64,000 bases of DNA from Candidatus Tokpelaia sp. JSC189 (lineage in GTDB: Bacteria > Pseudomonadota > Alphaproteobacteria > Rhizobiales > Rhizobiaceae), in contig QENA01000037.1 of the NCBI GenBank assembly GCA_003331045.1, positions 4,218-68,217 of the forward strand, in the 5' to 3' direction. The translations under genes and the position numbers were made by a program. Shown in pieces: positions 10,908 through 21,819 of this stretch (the stretch's first letter is position 1; each line of letters starts with the position of its first letter). Below the pieces are notes generated by a model that was not told the origin of the DNA, ran no database searches, and saw only the letters and a program-made list of their open reading frames with translations.

Positions 10908-11942
10908 TTAGGGTAAGACAACCTGTTCAAAAGCTTTAAACAAAACAGCAGATGTTGCCTCATAAGAGTTAGTTTCCGTCGATAATATCTGTCTCCAGCC
11001 CCGCACACCTGCAAATCCATGAAAAAGTCCAATCATATGCCGTGTTACATGCGAAGCCCGACCACCATTGCGAACATGGATGTCAATATAGGCCGCCATC
11101 TGATCAATAAGCAGCGTATAATCAACTTTCTTGGCCTTCTGCCCATAAATTCTCCGATCAACATCTATGAGAAGAAGCGGATTATAATAGGCTGCCCGCC
11201 CGATCATTACACCATCCACATATTCAAGGTGAGCAACAGCTTCATCAAGCGACTGGATACCGCCATTTATTCCAATAAACGTATGTATTTTTTTTCGCCG
11301 AAACCGGTAAACCCGCTCATAATCCAGAGGTGGAATCTCACGGTTCTCCTTGGGAGAAAGCCCCTTGAGCCATACCTTGCGGGCATGAATCCAAATTGCA
11401 TCAGCACCTGCGGATAGCACTTGCTCTCCAAACTCATCCAACGCCGCTTCACTATCCTGTTCATCAACACCAATACGGCATTTCACGGTTACAGGAATTA
11501 AAACCGCTTTTTTCATGGCATCTACGGCACGAGCTACAGTATCGGGTTCTTGCATAAGACATGCACCAAAAGCAGCCGACTGAATATGATCAGATGGACA
11601 GCCTACATTGAGATTGATTTCATCATAACCGAAATCCGCACCGATACGTGCCGCTTCAGCGAGCTTTCCTGCATCAGAACCCGCAAGCTGTAATGCTACG
11701 GGATGCTCCATCTCTGAAAATGACAAAATCTTTGTCCGATCACCACAAATAGCAGCATCAGCCACAATCATTTCACTATAAAGCAATGCGCTCTCTGTTA
11801 GTTGGCGATGAAAAAACCGACAGTGCCTGTCTGTCCAATCCAGCATGGGCGCAACAGAAAAACGACCCAAGCTCCGATATGTTTTGAATCGGGATAAGTT
11901 ATAATTCTCAGATATTTTTTCCTCTGATCTGCTTTTAAACAT
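10908..11942 (-). CDS. dusA: tRNA-dihydrouridine(20/20a) synthase
   Basis: 344-aa ORF with the DusA signature FSVAPMLDWTDRHCRFFHR and a TIM-barrel FMN enzyme motif ...NLNVGCPS.... The exact start is uncertain. Confidence 0.9.
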   Translation of the reverse strand: MFKSRSEEKISENYNLSRFKTYRSLGRFSVAPMLDWTDRHCRFFHRQLTESALLYSEMIVADAAICGDRTKILSFSEMEHPVALQLAGSDAGKLAEAARIGADFGYDEINLNVGCPSDHIQSAAFGACLMQEPDTVARAVDAMKKAVLIPVTVKCRIGVDEQDSEAALDEFGEQVLSAGADAIWIHARKVWLKGLSPKENREIPPLDYERVYRFRRKKIHTFIGINGGIQSLDEAVAHLEYVDGVMIGRAAYYNPLLLIDVDRRIYGQKAKKVDYTLLIDQMAAYIDIHVRNGGRASHVTRHMIGLFHGFAGVRGWRQILSTETNSYEATSAVLFKAFEQVVLP

Positions 11943-14713
11943 TCTAATCTATTCTTTTTAAGACACTGCTATCTTCGCCAATATTTTGCACAAAAAATTC
12001 TATTCAATAACAATATTAAATTATCATTAATCAGGCAATTACCAAAATTTACTGAAAATTAAAAGGCCCTTACCGCCTCTGTTTTCCAAGAAAGTCAAGA
12101 TTCTATTCTTGAAATTAAAAAACTCATTTATATAATCGACAGATGTATAACATTACCCCTGGAGAGGGAATGGTTGCATGATAATTTTGACCATAAATTC
12201 ATCGCGTTACAGGATGATTCCTAAACTGAAAATGCACGAAGTAAATCAGAGCAATAACGCTCTCTACTGCACTGCAACGGGAATATTCTTGCTGGAGTGT
12301 TTGCCTTTATATCTAGGTGCCCATAACATAGATAGAGCATTTTCGCTCGCTGTATCGCTGGCGGTCGATACTTGGTTTGTAATCAAGGAGTCAGCAGTTT
12401 AAGTCTATTTGGTTTGCCTCACCCGGAAATACATTGAGCAGAAGACTGAGATTTGACGCGTTTCTTAAATCAAGGGCAACAGCGCTAGAGGCCGGTGTTA
12501 GCGATATGACAAGCGATAGTGTATTTATAATTCACGTCTTGATTATTTTGACTGTAGCCCCATTGTATGTGTGGAACGCAGCCTGATTTCGGAAATAATA
12601 CAGCACGAGAACCCGATCCACAAGGTAACGGCAAGCAAAGCATACTCGCAGGCAGCGTAGGTACGCAACAAGAGCATGGTATCTGGTTAATGTTATGTAT
12701 GGTAGCCCGCAAGTAGAAATAGCGCGTGCCGCTGGTATAATAAAAACTGCCATCCATTAATGCAGTGAAAAAGATCGAAGAATTAAGTGCGACAACGCAA
12801 ATTATGACAGTCTTTTCTGATCACATGGAACGTACTATTGACTGGCATGGGTCTGTAATGACGCAAAAAGTTCAATCAATGTGTGACGGAATTATCATAT
12901 GTTTTTACTTGCCTATCAAAGATGATAGGCAAAAATATAAACTTTAAAGGTAGATAGAGCAATGACCTAAAGGGCACAGTGATCTAGCAGATAATCAAGG
13001 TCGGGCTGCAGGCTTGGAGTGTGGATTTATGCCGTGCGCTGCTCCCGTTCAAGCTCATTTTGACCGAAAACCTGCTCTCAAGATTTGACTATCTGGCAAC
13101 ATTGACGTCTGGGAAGATTCCGTGGTGGGGTAGAGAATGCGTGCTGGGGAACATGATTTTAAAAACCGACTATAGAAGATCGGAAAGACGCAGGATTTTT
13201 TTTAAGCAGGTAACACAATCGGCCTTGCAGATGTGCCATGTCCTAAATTATTTTAACGGTCGCAATATTCCACTTGATGAAGGTAAGAGGCTGGCTTGCA
13301 CCTCTTTCTATTTTTGCCCATCCAGCCATTATTAGCGCGATGCGGAATACAAAACTGATCAGCGCGGGTGGTGTCACATGAATATTAAAGGCGAACCATA
13401 TTTTCCAGCCACTCATTCGCTCATATGCAGGCATATGGTCACATATCACGGCCTGCCGCCTAACTTTTCTAGATCCACTTATAAGTGATGAACCCGTCGG
13501 TGAATAATGCTAGGCTGATGCTTGATGAAGCCAGGGAGGGAAGGTAACCGAGGTTGCAATCGGCACGAGAGAACAAAAATTATTCGAAATGCAATGAGGT
13601 TGGAATCCTGATTCTGTGTGAGAGCATGGAAACAGCGTTGGCGCTAGGGCCATTAACATATCCGAAGTTCCTATATATCCGGGGATTTCCATTACCAATA
13701 CGGCCAATGTACCGTGGCTCAATTGTATATCGGGAATCATTTTAGCGCGTGATAATAGATGATCGCAATGCCACCGGGCAAAGGCAAATCAGGAAAGTCA
13801 TCAATCAGCTGGAAAAAAGATGCTGAAAATTATTCAAAGTCATTTGGGGGATAGCTTCAACGAGCTTATGAAAGGCAGAAAACAATGAATGAGCAAGAAA
13901 CGCCGGGGCTGAACAACAAAAACCAATTTGCAATATGTTGGAAAAAGGTGCAGCCATAGATCTGCTGCGAGACCATTCGTGCGATATTTTCCGATGCAAT
14001 GAACGAGTTAGAAACGAAAAACAGCTCCATTTCTACGCCTGATCCCAATGCTCCACATGCGCTAATCAAACCTAGTAAATGAAATGGCTTTCCCGATACA
14101 GATTATACCGCCATGGTGTCCGCTCCCCGTACGACACTGGCAAACCTTGCCACACGGCGCAACCTAATGAGTGGTGAATATGAAAACCGACCACACGCGC
14201 TTGAGAAAGTAAACAGAATCGATCGAAAATACATGTCAGCCAAAGATTAGTGACGGGCGAATGATATTGTGCCAGATCACAGATAAATGGCACACGTTTG
14301 AAAACCGATTCTACCCTTCTATTAGGTTTATATTGCAGCAACAAAGGCTGGATAGTGGAGCCATTGAACAATTGGTACAATTACTAGCCGACTCCAATCT
14401 TCTCATTAGCACAGCTAACATCGAAGATTCTAGCCCCAATGTGACGCAGCGCAAACAGCTTGGCCACATGCTTAACCAAGCACCATAGTGGATAATTAGC
14501 ACGCCTGCCTCTCACACTTTCTGTAATCACCGATTGACGCATGAAGAATCGGGGAGAAGCTCACTGCCGGCGACATATCACATCAATTCGCTCATCAGTA
14601 CCTTCAACTTGGAAGTGCAAGAGAACAACTAGCAGTCGCCAATCGCTCCAGCAGTCTTTGTTAACTAGTCGCATAACGTTTATTACCCCTTTTCTCATTA
14701 GCTACTTTCCATT

Positions 14714-15571
14714 ATGGTGGATGAGAGGTTTTTATTAAAGAACAGGGGTGACACAGTGTCTCATAGGGAACTCAATCCTTTTTGGAAAGATCTTCTCCAG
14801 TTCTATAAAATAGCTGGTGTTGATACGGCCTTATCCGAAACGCCGGTCAGCCATTTTGTCTGTGCTGAGGAAAAAAAGCACATACACGCCTCAATTTCTG
14901 CGACCGAGATGGCATCAGCAGAGCTATCTGCGACGGCAATACAATCCTACCAGCCGAAATCACCCGCTCCCACCCCAAATGACGCGCAGACTCTTGATGA
15001 ATTAAGGAAACAGCTTGAAGCTTTTAACGGTTGCCAACTGAAATTTACCGCAAAAAACACCTGCTTTGCTGACGGTACGCCGGGAAGCGCACTAATGCTG
15101 ATTGGTGAAGCTCCCGGCCGTGATGAGGATATCCAGGGCCTGCCCTTTGTAGGACGTTCCGGACAGCTGCTCAATCGCATGCTTGATGCTATCGGGCTTG
15201 GACGTGACCAAGTCTATATTGCCAACACTATTCCTTGGCGCCCGCCGGGAAATAGAACACCAACCTCTATGGAAGCAGAACTCTGTCGTCCATTTATTAA
15301 CCGGCAGATAGAACTAGCAAAGCCCAGAATCCTGATTGCACTTGGCGGCCCAGCAGCCAAATTGTTGACAGGAGCCAAGGAGGGCATTCTACAGTTGCGC
15401 GGTAAATGGTATGTTTACCGGACAACGGGGGGGCAAGAAATTCCGGTCATGCCAACACTCCACCCTGCTTATCTTCTGCGGACTCCTTCGCAAAAAAAAT
15501 TTGCTTGGAATGACTTTCTCATGGTCAAAATGCGTCTCAAGGAATGTGAAGAAAACTCACCTTATAGCTGA
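14714..15571 (+). CDS. family-4 uracil-DNA glycosylase
   Basis: 285-aa ORF. The C-terminal ~190 aa carry the family-4 motifs LMLIGEAPGRDED and HPAYLLR. The N-terminal extension is non-conserved, so the start is uncertain. Confidence 0.85.
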   Translation: MVDERFLLKNRGDTVSHRELNPFWKDLLQFYKIAGVDTALSETPVSHFVCAEEKKHIHASISATEMASAELSATAIQSYQPKSPAPTPNDAQTLDELRKQLEAFNGCQLKFTAKNTCFADGTPGSALMLIGEAPGRDEDIQGLPFVGRSGQLLNRMLDAIGLGRDQVYIANTIPWRPPGNRTPTSMEAELCRPFINRQIELAKPRILIALGGPAAKLLTGAKEGILQLRGKWYVYRTTGGQEIPVMPTLHPAYLLRTPSQKKFAWNDFLMVKMRLKECEENSPYS

Positions 15572-15651
15572 TAATTGACCCAAAATTAAAATTCACCTTG
15601 CTTAGAAGCTGTCATTTTTAAAAAGCCAAAGATACAGTCAGGAACTGAACA

Positions 15652-18291
15652 ATGAATTCCCATACACATCGGCTTTTTTGCCTTGAAGATTACAGCATCA
15701 CACCTTACGCGATATCGCACAGCGAGCTTTACTTTTCTCTTGAGATAGAAAAAACGCAGGTGATCGCAAAACTCGCTATTAAAAAAAGAGAAAACACATG
15801 TCCCGGAATGCCACTTGTGCTTAACGGTGACGATCTCACCCTCATTTCTATTAGCATTGACGGAAAATCACTGTCTGCAGAAGCATTCAGCAGAACAGCG
15901 GATCGACTCGAGATCCATCACCCGCCAATATGGCCTTTCACACTCGAAATTATCACTGAACTGAACCCTAATGCCAACCGGCAGCTCATGGGCCTTTACC
16001 GCTCAAACGGCATATTCTGCACCCAGTGCGAATCGGAAGGGTTCCGCCGGATCACCTATTTTTATGATAGGCCGGATGTGCTTTCTGTTTATACTGTACG
16101 AATTGAAGCTGATCAGAAAAACTGCCCGGTGCTTTTATCAAACGGCAACCTACAGGAAAGCGGTCCACTTGCAGATGGACGGCATTTCGCCCTGTGGCAT
16201 GATCCCTTTCCCAAGCCATCCTACCTCTTTGCGTTGGTAGGCGGTGATCTTGAAGCTGTGCATGATCATTTCACGACTAGTAGCGGCAAAAATGTTGCAC
16301 TGGCTATTTACGTAGAAAAGGGTAAGCCTCCACAGGCCCTTTATGCCATGGATGCCTTGAAGCGCGCCATGCGTTGGGATGAAAAGGTTTTCGGTCGTGA
16401 ATATGATCTTGATGTTTTCAATATCGTGGCTGTTTCTGATTTCAATATGGGCGCGATGGAAAACAAAGGACTTAATATTTTCAATGATAAATACGTGCTT
16501 GCCAACCCACAAACAACAACTGACTATGACTATGCTAATATTGAACGAATTATTGCGCATGAATATTTCCATAACTGGACGGGCAACCGCATTACCTGTC
16601 GCGATTGGTTTCAGCTCTGCCTGAAGGAAGGGTTGACTGTATACCGCGATCAGGAATTTTCTGCCAGCCAGCGTTCCACTTCTATGCAGCGCATTTCCGA
16701 CGTTCGTTTTCTGCTAACAAAACAGTTCCCAGAGGATGCCGGGCCGCTAGCACACTCAGTGCGGCCACATCACTACACTGAAATCAATAATTTCTATACG
16801 GCAACCATTTATGAAAAAGGTGCTGAGATTATCAGGATGATCCATACCCTGCTAGATGACAAATTATTTTTGGCAGGTATAGATCTTTATTTTGTACGCC
16901 ATGATGGCCATGCCTGCATAATTGAAGACCTGATTGCATGTTTTTCTGAAGTATCGGGCAAGGATTTCAGCCAGTTCATGCTCTGGTATGAGCAGGTTGG
17001 CACACCACATGTTAAAGCCCAATTCGATTATCATGAGAAAGATGGCAGTCTTACCATAATACTCGAACAATCGCTTTGCCCCACGCCGGGTCAGCCAAAA
17101 AACCAACCAATGGTCATTCCTGTACGTTTTGGGCTAATGAACACAGACGGCAGGGATATGGCTTACCATGCAGATAACCATGTTAAAGCCGATATTATGC
17201 TGCTTACGGAAAAACGGCAAAGCTTTTACTTCACAGGGCTTACATCACGCCCCGTTCCATCTTTATTGCGGGGATTTTCTGCGCCTGTCACGCTTGACCT
17301 GGCTCTGCGAAACAGCGACTTCGCCTTTCTTGCCCGGCATGACATAGATCTTGTCAACCGCTGGCAGATACTTAATCAGCTGCTCATTCAGCATCTTGTT
17401 TTTGCCTCTCAAAAAGCGGAAAAAAACTGCACTGCAGAATGCAATGAACTTATTGAGCTCATTGGCAGCACTGCCAGTAATGAAAGCTTAGAACCCGCCT
17501 TCCGCGCCTTTTGCATAGCCCTGCCCTCTGAAGCCGAAATTGCTAGTGTCATTGACAGAAATGTAGACCCAGACCGTATTTTTGCGGCTCGTGAAGCACT
17601 GCTTGCAATGATTGCTGGAAAATATAGTGTTGACTTCGCTAGCTTACACCAGCATCTTGCCATAAAAGGCCCTTATTCACCGGATGCTGCAAATGCGGGC
17701 AAAAGAATCCTGAAAAATGCTCTGCTTGATTATATCGTTCTTTCTGAACCCAGACCCGACCGCTTGTCGGATATCTACACCCATGCCGATAACATGACCG
17801 ATAGGATAACTGCGCTGCGCCTTCTGGTTCAGCGCTTCCCGCATTCAGAAGAATGCAATACTGCACTCAAGGAGTTTGAACAACGTTTTTCTGCCGATCC
17901 CTTGGCAATGGACAAATGGTTTACTGTACAGACAAGCCGCAGCGGAGCTGAAGCACTTGAGCAGGTAAAAAAGCTGACAGGGCATCCCCTATTCTCTTAT
18001 GAAAACCCAAATCGGGTTCGTGCGCTTATCTATGCTTTTGCTATTGGCAATCAGACTGGCTTCAACCGCACAGACGGGGCTGGCTACGCATTTTTTGCTA
18101 ATAGCGTTCTAATGATAGACAAAAAGAATCCGCAAGTGGCAGCAAACCTGCTTACAGTTATGCATTCTTGGCACACCCTAGAAAATAGAAGAAAAACAAA
18201 AATCAAGAATGAACTGAAAAAAATCGCTTCGGCTAAAGAGCTTTCAAAGGATGTTGCCGATATCACTATCCGTATGCTCAGAGTTGCATAA
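15652..18291 (+). CDS. pepN: aminopeptidase N
   Basis: 879-aa ORF with the GAMEN exopeptidase motif (NMGAMENKGLN) and the zinc motif HEYFHNWTGNR...E of M1 peptidases. Confidence 0.95.
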   Translation: MNSHTHRLFCLEDYSITPYAISHSELYFSLEIEKTQVIAKLAIKKRENTCPGMPLVLNGDDLTLISISIDGKSLSAEAFSRTADRLEIHHPPIWPFTLEIITELNPNANRQLMGLYRSNGIFCTQCESEGFRRITYFYDRPDVLSVYTVRIEADQKNCPVLLSNGNLQESGPLADGRHFALWHDPFPKPSYLFALVGGDLEAVHDHFTTSSGKNVALAIYVEKGKPPQALYAMDALKRAMRWDEKVFGREYDLDVFNIVAVSDFNMGAMENKGLNIFNDKYVLANPQTTTDYDYANIERIIAHEYFHNWTGNRITCRDWFQLCLKEGLTVYRDQEFSASQRSTSMQRISDVRFLLTKQFPEDAGPLAHSVRPHHYTEINNFYTATIYEKGAEIIRMIHTLLDDKLFLAGIDLYFVRHDGHACIIEDLIACFSEVSGKDFSQFMLWYEQVGTPHVKAQFDYHEKDGSLTIILEQSLCPTPGQPKNQPMVIPVRFGLMNTDGRDMAYHADNHVKADIMLLTEKRQSFYFTGLTSRPVPSLLRGFSAPVTLDLALRNSDFAFLARHDIDLVNRWQILNQLLIQHLVFASQKAEKNCTAECNELIELIGSTASNESLEPAFRAFCIALPSEAEIASVIDRNVDPDRIFAAREALLAMIAGKYSVDFASLHQHLAIKGPYSPDAANAGKRILKNALLDYIVLSEPRPDRLSDIYTHADNMTDRITALRLLVQRFPHSEECNTALKEFEQRFSADPLAMDKWFTVQTSRSGAEALEQVKKLTGHPLFSYENPNRVRALIYAFAIGNQTGFNRTDGAGYAFFANSVLMIDKKNPQVAANLLTVMHSWHTLENRRKTKIKNELKKIASAKELSKDVADITIRMLRVA

Positions 18292-18601
18292 ATCCTCCGT
18301 TCCCCACCTTGCCATCATCCGACTGGTCGGATAGATTCTGTGTATCTGGAAAATCCCTACAAAAATATTCAATTATTTAATTTCTATGAATTTTTTTTAA
18401 AAAATACGCATTTTCGTGCTTTTTCTGAGAAATTCGGTAATTCCTCTTTTTTTCTAGATAAAAAAATAAACAGCCTCATCCACGCTTGTATCTTTATAAA
18501 AAAAATACTGGACATGGCATAATAGTTTTGATTCATTGACACTTATTCGAGTGTTAAGCCTACCGAATCAATCTCCTAGGATTTTTGAGAAGGAGCCGAT
18601 A

Positions 18602-20917
18602 ATGGTGGAATTGGACGCGCAAAGCGCGGCCAAAGTGTTAGTTGTAGATAAGAAAAATGCACGGAGAAGACTTTCCGGTCTGTCTGCCCATATTGGCCTT
18701 CTTTCCAGCCCTACCTATCAGCGATTGCTCACTATTGAGCCATGGATGCGGCGCGCCATTCCGCTTCTGGTTCTTGTTTTTCTCGCACTGCTTGCTTCAA
18801 TACGCGGAATCTTTCTTTACGAATGGCGGAAAAGTATTGAAAACAACACCCGCGGGGCCCTTATCCTATCTTCAGGGCATATTTCGGCCAAAATTGAACG
18901 CGATTTCTTTGGCGATACTGGCAAGCCGAAGCCTGTCAACCCTTCCCAGCTTCAGGATATCCTAGTGCATTTTCGTTCTCAAAACCTAATTTCGCCGGCA
19001 GCGCAGATTGCTATTATTAAGCCTGATGGCAAGGTGATTGCAGCTTCAGGCTTTGAATCTTCTATAGGCAATCCAATAGACCAAGTGGTATCTAGTGAGC
19101 AACCTCTTTTTACACTAGATAACAGCGCGGATGTCATGCGGGTATCTATCCATGATGAAAAAGCGCTTGCCGTTTTTTCACAGGCAGCATTCGGCCAATA
19201 CGGTATATTTATTGCGCTGCATGAGCAGAAAATGCTTGCCGAATGGCAAAAAACGGTTTCGCTTAACATTACCCTTTTTCTCAGTACTGTTAGCGTTATG
19301 CTCGTTATTCTCTATGCCTATTTTAGCCAAGCATCACGCACGCGCTATGCTGATCTGATTGCCGAAAAAATTCAGCAGCGCATTGATACAGCCATGGTGC
19401 GCGGGCGCTGCGGCTTATGGGATTGGGACATGGTCCGTGGACGAATCTACTGGTCACGCTCCATGTATGAAATGCTTGGATACCGAGCTTATGATGCATT
19501 GCTTTCCATATCCGAAGTTGCTTCAATTATCGACCCTGCCGATTTTGACCTCTACGAGATTGCTCAACGCATCCTGAGCGGCCAAATGAATTATATTGAC
19601 CTCAAAGTTGCCATGCGCCATGCTTCCGGTCACCCGGTCTGGATGCGCATCCGCGCAGAGGTGGTGCAGAATGATGAACCTCACCTAGTCGGTATTTCCT
19701 ATGATATCAGCGAACAGCATCGATTGGCCGAGCAGACAGCCGAGGCTGATCTGCGTATTCGCGATGCAATTGAAAACATTTCAGAATCTTTTGTGCTCTG
19801 GGATGCCAACGGACGCTTGGTCATGTCCAACAGCAAATACCGCGAATATACAGGCTTGGCAGAGCAAGCTCTTCACCCAGGCATACAGCGGACAACAGTC
19901 GAAGCCCTGGCAAAACCGGTAATCAGCGAACATGCATTGGGTGAAAATGACGGAGGTAATCATACTTATGAACGGCAATTTTCTGATGGGAAGTGGCTGA
20001 AAGTGAATGAGCGACGCACGAAAGATGGCAGCTTTGTATCCGTCGGCACCGATATCTCAGAGTTGAAACAGCAGCAGAAAAGCCTTAAAGATAGCCAGCA
20101 ACGCTTTGTTTCTACGATCCAAGACCTAAAACGTGCACGCCAAGAACAAAAAAAACGTACTGATGAGGTTTCAGAGCTAAATATCCGCCTCCAGACTGAA
20201 AAAGAGCGTGCTGAAAGTGCTAATATCGCAAAATCGCAATTTCTTGCCAACATGTCGCATGAATTGCGTACGCCGCTCAATGCTATCATTGGTTTTTCAC
20301 AGATTATGGCCCATGGTACCTTTGGTCCGTTAGGTAGCGAACGGTATCAGGAATATATTAACGATATTTATAATTCCGGCACACATCTGCTCACCCTTAT
20401 CAATGATATTCTTGACATGTCAAAGATCGAAGCTGGTCGCTTCAGTATCGACCGACAAGAAACGGATCTTGAGCCTGTCATCAGCGAGGCATTGCGGGCT
20501 GTTTCTCTTCAAGCCAGTGAAAAACAGATTCGGCTTGAAACTCAGATTGAGAAACCCATACAAGTGGAAGTTGATATCCGCGCCATGCGGCAGATTTCAC
20601 TTAATCTGCTTTCCAATGCCGTTAAATTCACACCCTCAGGTGGGGCCATCCGGGTACGCGCGCGCATTACAGATGGCGTACTTGCTATCTCTATCGCTGA
20701 TAGTGGCATTGGCATACCAAAATCATCAATTGATAAGCTTGGTAAGCCGTTTGAGCAAGTGGAAAACCAATTCACCAAAACTCATACTGGTTCCGGCCTA
20801 GGACTGGCCATTTCACGCTCACTGATTGAGCTGCATAGCGGAACATTGCGAATTTTCTCATATGAAGGAAAGGGGACAACAGTTTCAATACGCATTCCTC
20901 AGCGGCAGAATGCTTAA
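18602..20917 (+). CDS. membrane-bound PAS-domain sensor histidine kinase
   Basis: Start placed at ATG 18602, preceded by GAGAAGGAG. It has two hydrophobic segments, PAS-like regions, the H-box FLANMSHELRTPLNAIIGF, and ATPase boxes LLSNAVKFTP, DSGIGIP and GSGLGLAISR. No adjacent response regulator is present. Confidence 0.9.
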   Translation: MVELDAQSAAKVLVVDKKNARRRLSGLSAHIGLLSSPTYQRLLTIEPWMRRAIPLLVLVFLALLASIRGIFLYEWRKSIENNTRGALILSSGHISAKIERDFFGDTGKPKPVNPSQLQDILVHFRSQNLISPAAQIAIIKPDGKVIAASGFESSIGNPIDQVVSSEQPLFTLDNSADVMRVSIHDEKALAVFSQAAFGQYGIFIALHEQKMLAEWQKTVSLNITLFLSTVSVMLVILYAYFSQASRTRYADLIAEKIQQRIDTAMVRGRCGLWDWDMVRGRIYWSRSMYEMLGYRAYDALLSISEVASIIDPADFDLYEIAQRILSGQMNYIDLKVAMRHASGHPVWMRIRAEVVQNDEPHLVGISYDISEQHRLAEQTAEADLRIRDAIENISESFVLWDANGRLVMSNSKYREYTGLAEQALHPGIQRTTVEALAKPVISEHALGENDGGNHTYERQFSDGKWLKVNERRTKDGSFVSVGTDISELKQQQKSLKDSQQRFVSTIQDLKRARQEQKKRTDEVSELNIRLQTEKERAESANIAKSQFLANMSHELRTPLNAIIGFSQIMAHGTFGPLGSERYQEYINDIYNSGTHLLTLINDILDMSKIEAGRFSIDRQETDLEPVISEALRAVSLQASEKQIRLETQIEKPIQVEVDIRAMRQISLNLLSNAVKFTPSGGAIRVRARITDGVLAISIADSGIGIPKSSIDKLGKPFEQVENQFTKTHTGSGLGLAISRSLIELHSGTLRIFSYEGKGTTVSIRIPQRQNA

Positions 20918-21819
20918 TTACTCTGAAAACCGATTTTATTTCTTGCAAAACCTTTAATTAAAAAATAGAAGGTTGGCATATTTTAAATAAACAATCACCA
21001 TAGTAACTATCTTGTTTATTAGAAAGGTAGTTACTTTCAATGATATTAGTTTTGGTCAGAATTTTTTATAATAGGCATAGGCAGTGTTTTTTGCCACAAT
21101 GAAGTCATATGAACCGCAACTGTATTCAAGCAGAGTGCATCCAGAAATAGCATGATCTTGATCAGTGCGAAATTGCTTTGTTATAAGCAATCCCATATAC
21201 TTTCATGAGAATATCGCCCGGCTTTTATGGCCCAAGCGACATGCAGCTCCTATCCAGAACACAATAGAAAATAATTTACAGCAGCTGCTATGGTGATAGC
21301 TATGTTCTGGCCAATTTATTATAGAATGCCTGTAGAAAAAACCTACAATTTTGCTAGAATCTGTATTCTGCACCACATAGGAAAAACGCTGATATGCTAT
21401 TGACCCTATGGATAACGTTCCCATTTATTTACATTCCGATACATAGAACCAGAATTACGCATGGATAAGAAAAAAAGCTAAAACACGTATGTTAGTAGAA
21501 AATACTATGAAAACTGCTATTAATCTTTAAGGTGAAATTAAAAACCACGTACCTATTATAAGGAGGTTATCGTTTTAGCCAAAAACATTTGACTAATAAT
21601 ACAGTTTTTGATAAGTATAGATGTAGTATTTTATAATAAATTTATACTTGATATATTTAGAAAATTTAATTTGAATTACTTCATTTAACTCTCACTAATA
21701 TTATGCTTCTTGCTTTTTTAAGAGACTCAATATTGTTAACAATCAATAAATCTAATGGATTTGATTATATTTCTTATAAAAAATTAAAAAAAGAAATAGC
21801 TAAATTTATATAAAACTAT

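Noticed and set aside
12787-12793. GTGCGAC, which matches the 5' consensus (GUGCG) of group II introns, inside the 2.8-kb ORF-poor stretch
   Set aside because: I found no domain V-like hairpin, no reverse-transcriptase/maturase remnant and no matching 3' end nearby. A 5-nt consensus is uninformative.
18317-18332. Hairpin ATCCGA-CTGG-TCGGAT after pepN, considered as a terminator
   Set aside because: The stem is only 6 bp and no T-run follows it, so it is too weak to call.
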